NCBI GenBank assembly: GCA_977017645.1
Contig: OZ360230.1
Coordinates: forward strand, 14,260,001-14,324,000
Length of the DNA stretch: 64,000 nucleotides
From: Torpedo marmorata
Taxonomy: Eukaryota
Direction of reading: 5' to 3'
Part shown: positions 47,253 to 58,694 of the stretch, piece by piece
How positions within the stretch are numbered: position 1 is the first letter of the stretch
Layout of the letters: each line of letters opens with the position of its first letter
Made by a program: the position numbers and the translations under genes
Notes under the pieces: generated by a model
The model's input: the letters and a program-made list of their open reading frames with translations, nothing else
Told to the model about the DNA's origin: nothing
Databases searched by the model: none

Positions 47253-50200
47253 TGTAGCGACTTCAACCAATAAAAATAGTCGCTTGGAGGCTAAGTTAGG
47301 CGTTTGTCTGCGACGCGTTTTCATTTATTTCCAATACAAGTTCAGTTGTATTTAAATTCTTTATTTTTAACACACAAAACTTGTAACCATCTTCTTTAAT
47401 GTTCTATGAAAAGTCTTTAAGTAACGTTCTATGTGGCTGATTCTTAATAACAAAATATTCATATAAAAGTTAACGTGGCTTAACGATGCTTAACGATCTT
47501 TAACGATGTTCAACGATATTCAACATAGTTCAACGATCTTTAACGTCTTGATGATGCTTAACTTTCTTTAACGCTGGCTTGACGTGTTTTAAAGGTGTTT
47601 TAAACGTTCGACAGAAATTGTCGACACCTAACTTACCCTCCTCAGATTTCCAACTGCCCATGCACGCGGGGGAACCTATATTTAAATGTACGAAGATCCC
47701 ACCCGCGCATGCTCCGTTGTGCACGCGCTGGCCCTGGCTCCAACCGTTCGCTGCCAGCACTGAGCCAAGTGCACGTGTCGACCCAGTCCATGGCGCATGC
47801 GCACTGGCGGATGCGCCAGCCCCGGCTGAAGCCGCTGCCGCTGAACCAACCGCGCATGCGCCGCCACGTTCCGGCTCCGTAAGTGGTGCCGGCCCTCGCG
47901 CATGCGGCCTACGGGAAGAGGCCTACGCACCCTGGGACACCGCCAGTGCCCGAGGCCAAAACAGCAGGTAAGTACTGAGCCTATGGCTCTTACACCGGCC
48001 CCTAATTATTATAATGAGATGTAACGTCTCTAATAATAATTACATAACTATAATCTATTATATATAACAATTAACTACATAACATTCGAACGTTACACAG
48101 GTCTCTTTTCATCTTCACTTCCACTCTGAAGTCCGTATAGTGGGCAAAGTACAAAACACAAAAATCCAACAAAATAAAGTCAGTTTGTACTTATTAAAGT
48201 TCCTCCGTCTACTGTAGAATCCATGAGCCAAACCGTTGACCAGCAAACCTCAGATCTTCCTCAGACAGAATAGACACAGCTTTCCTTTTGAATTTAACAC
48301 AAGGCACTTCTTCAACATGTCGTTTCACTTTATTTCTTTTTTCAGTATTCCACTTCTCATGTGAAGAATTTAAACTCTTAGAACTGGAATTTGAATATTT
48401 ATTTGATCCTTTCGATTTTAAACAGGTCTGTTTAACCACTCTGGTTTCTATTGCCTTTTCCTGCAATTCCAAATCCAATTTTGCAACTTTCAATTCGGTC
48501 TCAGTTCTTTCCGAGAAATTAATAATTTGATCTGAAGTCAAAATATCATGTGATACGTTGATATTTCTATTGTCAATCCTGTTGCGACAAACTTGAAATT
48601 TTTTAATTTCTTCATCTTGCTTGTTACATTTCTGCAATGCAATATCACATTCTTTCTGCATTGTTAATTGTTTTGTGTTATTAATCAATAACTTGTTCTC
48701 TTTCAAAACATTAATCTCTTCCTCCAACCTTTTACATTTTGATAATGCTGAATCTCTTTCCTCGATAACTGTATTCATTTCTTCAGCAGTTATTCTTTTC
48801 TTCTGCTTTCTGACTTTGCGAGTTTTACTTACAATTAAATCTTTCTGTTTACTGTTTTCTTGATTATCTAATATTTCCAATTCCCCTTTCAACATTTTGT
48901 TCTCTGAATTCAATTGCATTAAATTATCATTCACATTATTCTTTATTCCATCAGTACAGTTTTCTGTGTTTTCCAGGTTTACATCACATTGTAATATTTC
49001 TTCATTAGCTTTGTCTGTTGTATTCTCTGAACTACAAAATTTACATTCAGATTTGTTTTCAGTCACTTGTTTTATTCCTGTATTGGATTCAATTACACAT
49101 GAATGATCAATAGTATTATTTGCAACATTTTCTAATACTTCACTTTCATCCATTTCTGACGAAATTAATTCCTTCAGTGTTGTTTTAAATACCATTGATT
49201 TATTTTCACATTGATCTGTTTTCTTTTCTTCAAAAGTGATTTTCTTATTCACAGTTTTTTGCTCTTCGCTTAACTCTTCAACTTTCACAACCGAAATTCT
49301 ATTAATATTTATCGCTAACTGTTCCTGAGCAATATCATTATTTCTTTCCAGTGGTCCATTGATTGTCCAACCAAACTTGGTTCTAATAGCGTAAGGTCCA
49401 TTCCTTTTACTCTCTATTACTTCTTTCGGTTCCAAAACCTTTGGCACATCTGAACCAATCAGCATTTCTATCTCAGAATTAATTTCAGGTAAATAAACCT
49501 TCCACAGATAAGCTAAATGATGGATATCCCTTTGATGAGGAATATTTCCTTCATTCACAGGCATAGTCTTCTGAGTATATACACTTGGAAGATCACAAAT
49601 TTTTTTGTCATCCAATCCAGCAACCTCTAAGCCTGAAACAATGTTAGTTTCAACAACCTTTTCTTGTCCCATTGTTCTTAACATAATTCTTGATCTTCTT
49701 CCTTGAATATTAAGTTTATTCATTAGTCCTTCCGTGCAAAAGGATGCAGTGCTGCCTGGGTCTAAAAATGCATATGTTTTTACTATTACATCCCCTTTCT
49801 TGGCCTTGACTTGTACAGGCACTATTGAAAGTTTGAAGTTATCCACACCGGCCCCAGTAAGACCACTTGTCTGAACCGAGGTTATAACATTATTTTCTGT
49901 TGTTTCCTTTGTTTCTGTTTGCTCTTTTCCCAATTCCTTGTTTCTGTTATGGATATGCAAAATTCTAGGATGTTTCAAATTGCATATGTTACAATTAATT
50001 CGCTTCTCGCAGTTTTTACTGATGTGTCCTTTACACAAACAGCTAAAACATATTCCATTTTCCTTTAAGAAAGCGATCTTTTCCTTATGTTCCTTCTTTT
50101 CCAATCGTAAACACATTTCCAAAGCATGTCCACCTTTACAGAACAAACAACTTTTTTCATTAGGCAAACTTTCCTTTTCCTTATTTACTTTGTCATTTTC

Positions 50201-53183
50201 TTTACTTATAACTTGCACATTAGTAGCAAAAGTACTCCTTTTCACTTTCGAACTAGACTGTGTGTTAGACTTCTTTACATCTTTGCCCATTGAATTATCT
50301 CTGGTATTTCCATATAGTGGATCTGTTTCAACGTACACCCGTCGTTCAAGAAAATTTACCAAATCCTTTAAGGTAATTTTTCGACCGAAATCTACTTGTA
50401 AATCACAAGCCAAATTTCTCCATCTATCCCATAACTTGTAAGGTAATTTTTCTAAGATGATTCGCATATTACTATGCACATCCAGCTCACGAATATTATC
50501 GATTTCTTCCATAGCATTACAACATCCTCGTAAAAACAGAGTATATTCTTGCAGAGCCTTTACATCATTTTGTTTTATTGATGTCCAATTAAGAGCTTTA
50601 TCCATATAAGCTAAAGCAATTCGATGCTTGTTGCCAAAATATTGTTCCAATAAAGCCTTAGCTTTGTCTAATCCTCTTTCTGAAGACATTTGTTTACAAC
50701 TCTTTACCAGTTCTTTTGGATGTCCCTTTGTAAACATTTCCAAATAATAAAGACATTCATCACGATCTTGGCATTTATCTTCAATATTGCGTTTGAAAGA
50801 TCTCATAAATGATTGATATTGAAGTGGATCACCATCAAAAGTTTGTATCTCTTTCTTGGGTAAAGAAGAGAGAGACTGTAACTGAAACAATGATGCAGCA
50901 ATTTCATTTTGTCTTTCCTTGGATGACAATACATTGCTCTGTTCACCCTCTCTTGTTGCATGCAATGTATCTGGAAACCTCACTGGTGTCGTTTCTTCCA
51001 TATTTCTGATGCTTGACTCATATAACAAAGAAGCTGCTTCGTTCGACCGAACCCAAGCCGCAGCTTTGCTTTCAGATGTTATCATTGGTACATGTGACTC
51101 GATACCAATATGCTCTTGAAAGGTTTATCCTTGTATATGTAAGTTTTGTATCCTTGGTTCTAAAATATCTATCCTTTTCGTTGGTTTCTTTTCCTGTGAC
51201 TCCTTTTTTAAATATGACCTTTTATTATCAGACAATTTAGATAATTTACTGCTAGCACCAGATACCATTGAGCCTTCTATTGCTTTCTTTTCTGCCTTGG
51301 CAATAGCAATGTTTGCTTCTAGCTCCTGCTGTTCTTTTCTCTGCCTTAGTTGCTCCTTCTCTTGTCTTAGCTGCTTCATTAGCTACTTCTCATTTTGTCT
51401 TAGCTGCTCCTTTAGCTGTTTCTCATTTTGTCTTAGCTGCTCCTCCTCTTGTCTTAGCTGCTCCTTTAGCTGCTCCTCCTTTTGTCTTAGCTGCTCCTTT
51501 AGCTGCTCCTCCTTTTGTCTTAGCTGCTCCTCCTCTTCTTCCAAAATATACTTATCCTTAAGCGTTTTTTGTTGTGCAAGAAGAGCGGCCAATCTAACAT
51601 CAATCTTTATACGTGACGATGCAGAACCTGAAGTACGAGAAACTCTGGAGCTCGAACCAGAACTTCTTTTGCTTCTCCTGCTTTCAGCATTTGAGACACT
51701 GTCACTTGCTTGTATTTCGTCCTGCAGTTCATATGTTGTCTTCATACTTACCTCTTTATCCAATTCAAATTGTATATCCTTTGCATCTTTAACCACTTCA
51801 ATTTCTTTATCATTTGTTGACACAATTTCAGCCATTTCCAAGTTATCTTCTTGTTCATTTAATGAAGCTGCCTCTTCATCCTTTGCCTGCTTCAATCTTT
51901 CGATAAGAACCCTTTTATTTCCTCTTATGTCCTTTTTCAGTCACTTCAATTCTTCTTTAATATCCAAAACCTTCATGTCTTCAATACGTTGGTCCTCAAC
52001 AGCAACATCAGCGGTTGCTGCGCCAGCTGCTGATATATCAGTAGCTGCTGTATCAGTGGCTGCTGCGGCCATTTTACTCGTCTTGTTCCTCTTTCCTTCA
52101 AGCATACACAATACCAGCCAAACAACAGTCCCCAATGGACCAGCGGCAGCAATTCCAATCTGTGTTCTTACTTACTAAAGATACACAGAAGGAGTCCACA
52201 GACTTATGCCAACCACTTCAAATGACTGTAATGTGCTGCAATCCACAAACGAGTTTTTTTTATCTTCTTTCCTTCTATTTTCTGTTCCAAACAGCCAGCT
52301 CTTTATTGACTATGTAGATTGCGGTGACTTCGTTCCAACGTTGGTCACCTGGAGGCTAAGTGTGGTCCTTATGTATCTGGAAACCTCACTGACCGTCCTA
52401 ATATCTCCTTCCTATTCTATTTTCCGTTTCAACAACAATTTCTGTCGACTTATTTTAGCGACTTCAACCAATAAAAATAGTCGCTTGGAGGCTAAGTTAG
52501 GCGTTTGTCTGCGACGCGTTTTCATTTATTTCCAATACAAGTTCAGTTGTATTTAAATTCTTTATTTTTAACACACAAAACTTGTAACCATCTTCTTTAA
52601 TGTTCTATGAAAAGTCTTTAAGTAACGTTCTATGTGGCTGATTCTTAATAACAAAATATTCATATAAAAGTTAACGTGGCTTAACGATGCTTAAAGATGT
52701 TCAACGATATTCAACATAGTTCAACGATCTTTAACGTCTTGATGATGCTTAACTTTCTTTAACGTTGGCTTGATGTGTTTTAAAGGTGTTTTAAACGGTC
52801 GACAGAAATTGTCGACACCTAACTTACCCTCCTCAGATTTCCAACTGCCCATGCACGCGGGGGAACCTATATTTAAATGTACGAAGATCCCACCCGCGCA
52901 TGCTCCGTTGTGCACACGCTGGCCCCGGCTCCAACCGTTCGCTGCCAGCACTGAGCCAAGTGCACGTGTCGACCCAGTCCATGGCGCATGCGCACTGGCG
53001 GACACGCCAGCCCCGGCTGAAGCCGCTGCCGCTGAACCAACCGCGCATGCGCCGCCACGTTCCGGCTCCGTAAGCGGTGCCAGCCCTCACGTATGCGGCC
53101 TACGGGAAGAGGCCTACGCACCCTGGGACACCGCCAGTGCCCGAGGCCAAAACAGCAGGTAAGTACTGAGCCTATGGCTCTTA
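47253..53183 (-). mobile_element. BEL/Pao LTR element, non-autonomous (no RT, RH or IN)
   Basis: LTRs of about 740 bp at 47253-47994 and 52454-53183; PPT aggggccgg; inserted in the Gypsy IN zinc finger (HPGVT|RLFYF). Confidence 0.92.
48209..52135 (-). pseudogene. BEL Gag (3 zinc knuckles) - aspartic protease - novel coiled-coil tail with MIPOL1-like segment; one frame, three stops in the N-terminal part
   Basis: FDGDPLQY, CLFC..H..C, CFSC..H..C, CNIC..H..H, AFLDPGS, GWTING; the four listed ORFs share one frame; the last 958 codons are open. Confidence 0.85.
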
Positions 53184-53185
53184 AT

Positions 53186-55099
53186 GGTGACTCCAGGGTG
53201 GCAGAGGTCACAGTGGAGGGCATATAACCGGTCCATCTGTGCGCTAGCACACGTCCCCCGGGATAGAGCGTCGGAGGGCTCATTGAGCTTCCCGGGCCGG
53301 TACATTATATCATAGTTATAGGTGGACAGTTCGATTCTCCACCTCAGGATTTTATCATTTTTGATTTTACCCCGCTGTTGGCTGCTGAACATGAATGCGA
53401 CTGAGCGTTGGTCAGTCAGCAGAGTAAACCTTTTTCCGGCGAGATAGTGCCTCCAGTGCCTGATAGCTTCCACTATGGCTTGGGCCTCTTTCTCCACCGC
53501 TGAGTGCCGAATTTCTGGGCCTTGAAGGGTACGGGAGAAGAACGCCACCGGTCTTCCCGCCTGGTTGAGGGTAGCAGCCAGTGCGAAGTCGGACGCGTCA
53601 CTCTCTACTTGAAAGGGAGTGGACTCGTCCACAGCGTGCATTGCTGCTCTAGCAATGTCCCCTTTTATGAGGCTGAAAGCCTCACGTGCCTCCGTTGTAA
53701 GGGGAAAAGTGGTGGACTTGACTAGGGGGCGGGCCTTGTCTGCATAATTAGGGACCCATTGAGCATAGTACGAAAAGAAGCCCAAGCACCTTTTGAGGGC
53801 TTTGAGGGTGTGGGGAAGCGGTAGTTCCAACAGGGGGCGCATGCGGTCGGGGTCGGGGCCGATGACCCCGTTCTTCACAACACACCCCAGGATAGCGAGT
53901 CGGGTGGTTCCGAACACGAACTTGTCCTTGTTATAAGTTAGATTAAGTGCTTTGGCCGCCTGGAGGAACTTCCGAAGGTTGTTGTCGTGGTCCTGGCGGT
54001 CGTGACCGCAGATGGTGATATTATCTAAGTACGGGAAAGTGGCCTTTAAATTGCATTGGTCCACCATCCTGTCCATCTCCCTCTGGAAGACGGATACCCC
54101 ATTTGTAACCCCAAAGGGGACGCGCAGGAAATGATAGAGCCTGCCGTCCGCCTCGAAGGCGGTGTAAGTGCGGTCCTCCCGGCGAATGGGGAGCTGGTGG
54201 TAGGCAGATTTGAGCTCTATGGTGGAGAAGAGCTTATATTGAGCTATCTGATTTACCATATCTGCAATGCGTGGTACGGGGTACGCGTCAAGCTGCGTGA
54301 ACCTATTGATGGTCTGACTATAATCTACCACCATCTTGTTTTTGTCCCCGTTCTTGACGACAACCACCTGGGCCCTCCAGGGACTTGTGCTCGGTTCAAT
54401 GATCCCCTCCCCAAGCAATCGCCTCACCTCTGACTTAATTAATGCCCTGTCCCCTGCGCTATATCTCCTGCTTTTGGTCGCCACAGGTTTACAATCAGGG
54501 GTCAGGTTGGCGAATAGCGATGGGGGCGGGATCCTGAGGGTGGATAGACCGCAAGTAGTGTGGGGTGTGTTTTTAAGGAATTGGTGATTACCGACAGTAA
54601 TCGGTGGGAGGGGCCCGTCATACTCCATAGTCACACTTTGGAGGTGACTCTGGAAGTCGAGCCCTAGTAGTACAGGTGCACACAGTCGGGGCATGACCAA
54701 TAGCGTGAAGTCCCGGTATTCCGTGCCCTGTACCACTATCGTCGCTACACAACCCCCCCGGATGTCTGTTGTGTGCGACCCGGAAGCCATGGCAACCCTC
54801 TGGCTTACCGACTGTGTCGTGAGACCACATCGCTGTACCGTGTCTGGGTGGATGAAGCTCTCTGTGCTGCCTGTGTCGAACAGGCAGTTTGTCCTGTGTC
54901 CCTCGACCAGAATGTCCATCATTGACCTCGCTAGTTGATGGGGTGCACTCTGGTCGAGTGCGACTGACGCCAACGTTGGGTCGCTGTCGTGCTCCGACAT
55001 CGCGATGGGGTGCCAGTTGTTCCGGGGTGGCGGCACCAATGGGTCGCTGTCTTGATCTGACGTCGCGATGGGGTGCCTGCTGTCCCGAGATAGTGGCAC
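53186..55099 (-). pseudogene. Gypsy pol: protease, RT, RNase H, start of IN
   Basis: LFDTGS, PFGVTN, YLDN, ESDAS, VEKEA, LTDQ, SDALSR. Confidence 0.93.
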
Positions 55100-55329
55100 C
55101 CTGTGTCAGCTCGCTGGTGTGGAATAAAATGGCCGCTCCCATGACTCGCACGTGTTGGCGGCAGGTAGGTAAGATGGCGGCGCCGGAAGTGACGAAACCC
55201 AAGATGGCTGCCCCCATACCTCGCACGTGTTGGCCGCGGCGGCGGGTAGGTAAGATGGCGGCGTCGGAAGTGACGACACACAAGATGGCCGCCCCTGAGT
55301 CTCGCACGCGGCACTGCTCGAACCCGCTC

Positions 55330-55943
55330 GCGGCTTTGATCAGCAGACCTTAGCGAAGTGGCCTTTCTTCCCGCAGCTGGAGCAGGTCGCTTCTCAGGCC
55401 GGGCAACGTTTTCGGGGGTGCTTCTCAAGCCCGCAGAAATAGCATTTCTCGGGCTCGCGGCTGATGGCGGCAGTGGTTGATTCACTAGCATGGTGGGTGG
55501 TCGGCATCCACGGAGCCTGCTGGAGATCGCACGCTTGGATAGCATCCGAGTTCTGTAGCGCGGCCTCCAGCGTGTCGGCCAGTTCGACGGCGGAACGGAA
55601 GGTGAGGTCAGCTTGTTCCAGCAGCCGCTGGCGCACATATACTGACCTGGTCCCTGTGACAAAAGCGTCTCTCCCTAGGAGCTCTGCGTGCTGTTCAGCC
55701 GTCAGTCCCCGGCAGTCGCACGCCCGCACGAGCGTTTGTATGGCCCGTACGAACTCCGCGTTCGACTCCCCGAGCCGCTGCTGCCGCATCGCTAGCCTGT
55801 GCCTTGCATTTTTCGGCGTCTTCTTGCACCTTGATCTCCCCCAGGAACGATTCGAAACAGACTAGCCAGCGTTCGAAGGCATTGCCAGCGTCCGGTGTTT
55901 GTGGGTCGATGTCCAGTTTGTCGGGTCTCTAGATGTTCTCCAT
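55330..55943 (-). pseudogene. Gypsy gag, disrupted
   Basis: ATG at 55943 (MENI*RPDKLDIDP); knuckles CYFCGLEKHPRKRC and CSSCGKKGHFAKVC. Confidence 0.8.
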
Positions 55944-57287
55944 GTTTACAGTTTTGCTAATAAAATTGATGAGCCCATCAATGACTCCAAAAGACTAGAA
56001 GTTACACAAGAACTGAAAGGCTTTTATTAGCAAAAGAATGGAGCTACATTCGTGCTGGTGATCTGTCCCGGACTGGGGGAGGAGCCGTGGCACAATGGCC
56101 TTTATTCAAGGGGGTTTGTGGGAGGAGCCACCGGGACAGTCAGCAGGGCATGTCCAGACTTATCGCCTAGCCCACAATCCATATACAGTGGTTTACCACA
56201 CTACCCTACCTATATCTTCTTAAAAGTCTATTTGGAGTTTACACCTCCAAATTGTTTGTCACCTGCAAATTTGGGAACCCAAGTCCAAGTCCTTAGTATA
56301 GATTAAACGTCCATTAATCACTGAAGAGCATTTCTGTACATTTTATGCCAGTTTGAAAATCAACCTTTCACTATATTCCATTTCCTCTCACTACAATTTT
56401 CCAGCCATGTTATCACAGTTCCTTTTACACCATGGACTTCAAGCATGATGATGTCAACTATTCGGCAATTTATCAAACGCCTTTATGAAGTTTATGTAAT
56501 CATATTTCCCTCACAACTCTCTCTATTAACTTTAACAATCCATTTTGGGTTTCCTGAATCAACTCAAACTCATCCAAGGGGCTGTTAATTTTATCCCTGA
56601 TTATTGTTTCTTGAACTTTCCCATAATGAAATTAAATTTATTAACTTGAGTTTAACTCTTTTTGAACAAGCATGTACCATTTCAAATTTCCAGTTTTCAG
56701 ATTCTTCTCCTGAATATTCAGATGTTTGAAAGATTACAAGGTGTGACTTGGCCTTTCTAATACCAACTTTCCAATCTTTTCAGCCCATCCAAAATCTTAA
56801 CCACAATAGTTTTCAATAACAAGTTTAAGATTATTTTCATGTTGTGGTTTGAAATCAAGACACTTTGCCTGCATAAGATTTTAAAAGTGAATTTGTCAAT
56901 CTGAAAAACCACCAAATGTCATGGAGGAAATAAAGTAACAGTCAAAAAGCGGGAAGGAACCCTGCGGGTCATGCAGCATCCATGGAAGTCAATGTTTCGA
57001 GCCTGAACACTTCATCAGGATGACTCCTGGAGGAAAAGCAGCTTTACTGTTAATTTTGGAAGCTATTTTTGTCCAACATTGCCCTCTTGTGCAAATCTGA
57101 CAAATTGCAACAGTCCCACAAAGATGGACTGCAAGTTGATCCATGATGGAAAAGTGTTGCAAGTTTCTGAGAACAAAGGAATTTACTACCAATGATGTTA
57201 GTACATAGTTACTTGTTCTCTCAATAGTATGCTATTTAAGTGACATAATATTGACAGTTTCAACAACATTTCTCGATAACAAGGTCT

Positions 57288-57606
57288 ATAAAGCCAAGGA
57301 TCACAAATGCTTTTCCAATTATTTTCTCCTCATGCCAGACTCAATGGATCCTGCACACATTCCCCCAAAACAGTTCTCATGTCCCTTTTATGATTGTACC
57401 TTCTGGTTAATATTGCTGCTTTTCATTCTTTCTACCAAAATGTAACATCCCCATTTGTAAACAGTAACTTTCATCTACAATCTTTACCCATTCCACAACC
57501 TTACCTATTTCTTCTTAAAGTCTATTGCTATCCTCTCAAACTTTACACCTCCAAATTGTATGTCACCTGCAAATTTGGGAACCCGTCCAAGTCATTAGTA
57601 TAGATT
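57288..57606 (+). repeat. Local duplicate of the pre-insertion (empty) Gypsy target region
   Basis: Matches 45679-45904 joined to 56206-56305 without the LTR element. Confidence 0.85.
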
Positions 57607-57624
57607 GCATATGAATATACGCAA

Positions 57625-58690
57625 TGACTATAATGATTGACTGCATATGAACCAGAAAGAACAGCAAGGCTGCTGTGGTCTGGTGAATACAGAAACCTGG
57701 CTCCAAAACTCCATTCCAGTTTCAGCGATCCAGCTGGATGGCCTTATTTCCATCAGGGAAGACAAAGATGCTGCTACTTCTGGAAAGACTTGAGGAGGGG
57801 GTCTGTTCATTTACATTAATGAGAACTGGTGCACAAATGTCTCTGATATAAAGACCTTCTGCTCAGCAGAGATAGAGTACCTGATGGTGAAATGCAGACC
57901 CTTCTACCTGCCCAGGGAATTTACTGCCATGCTGATTAATGCTGTTTACGTTCCACCTACGGCGAATGAAGGTAAAACAATGAGAGAGCTTCATGGTGCC
58001 ATCTGCGAAGCCCAGACGTCCGACCCTGACAGTGCCATGATTGTAGCTGGTGACTTCAATCACGCCAACCTGAAAGCAGTTCTATCATGGTTTCAACAAT
58101 ATGTCAACTTCACCACCAGAGAACACACTGGATTGAGTGTACACCATTGCCCCTCGCCCCCACCTCAGATACTCGGATAATACATCAGTCCTGCTAACCC
58201 CGGCATACAGACTGCTGGCCATACGAACAAAGCCACTTCGCAGGGAGATCAGGACGTGACCAGTGGGAGCACAGCAGCGCTACAGGACAGCTTTGAGACC
58301 ATGGACTGGAGCTGTTTCGGGGAGGTGGCCACCTACAACGGTCACGTTAACATAGAGGAGTACACGAGCTCAGTGACTGGCTACACCAGCAAGTGCATTG
58401 AGGATGTCACTGAGATCAAATGCTTCGCAACCAGGGCTAACCAGAAACCATGATTGAATGCAGAGGTCTGGGCACTTCTCAAAGCTCGTAATGCTGCTTT
58501 CAGGACAGGAGACAAGATGGCACTAAGATCAGCCAGGGCTGAACTCTCCTGTGCAATCCGGAAGGCAAAGCATGGAAGATCCATAGGGACCTGTGTGACA
58601 CGAGGCGCATGTGGCAAGGGATCAAAACTATAACAGACCACAAGACAACCTTGGGAGTCAAAGACAATGACGCCTCCCTTCTGGACAGAC
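57625..58690 (+). mobile_element. Rex1/Babar LINE endonuclease-region fragment
   Basis: VKCRPFYLPREFT..AVYVPP..IVAGDFNHANLK; [12 protein letters not shown]. Confidence 0.85.
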
Positions 58691-58694
58691 AGAA

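Larger units (their letters stand above)
45905..56200 (-). mobile_element. Gypsy LTR retrotransposon (Gag-PR-RT-RH-IN) interrupted by a BEL element
   Basis: 234-bp LTRs at 45905-46138 and 55967-56200 (1 mismatch seen); 5-bp TSD ctacc; PPT ggaagggtgaa. Confidence 0.95.

Noticed and set aside
47579-47971. 130-aa ORF duplicated at 52770-53162
   Set aside because: Lies in the GC-rich BEL LTR; duplication is explained by LTR identity
48209-51085. Domesticated host gene or env gene
   Set aside because: Flanked by LTRs, nested in a young Gypsy, with stops upstream in the same frame; the tail has no signal peptide or transmembrane segment
51297-52178. 293-aa Cys/Ser-rich plus-strand ORF
   Set aside because: Antisense shadow of the E/K/Q repeat in BEL gag
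54618-55662. Long overlapping alternative ORFs in the Gypsy gag-pol junction
   Set aside because: Expected in GC-rich tandem repeats with frameshifts; no independent domain evidence
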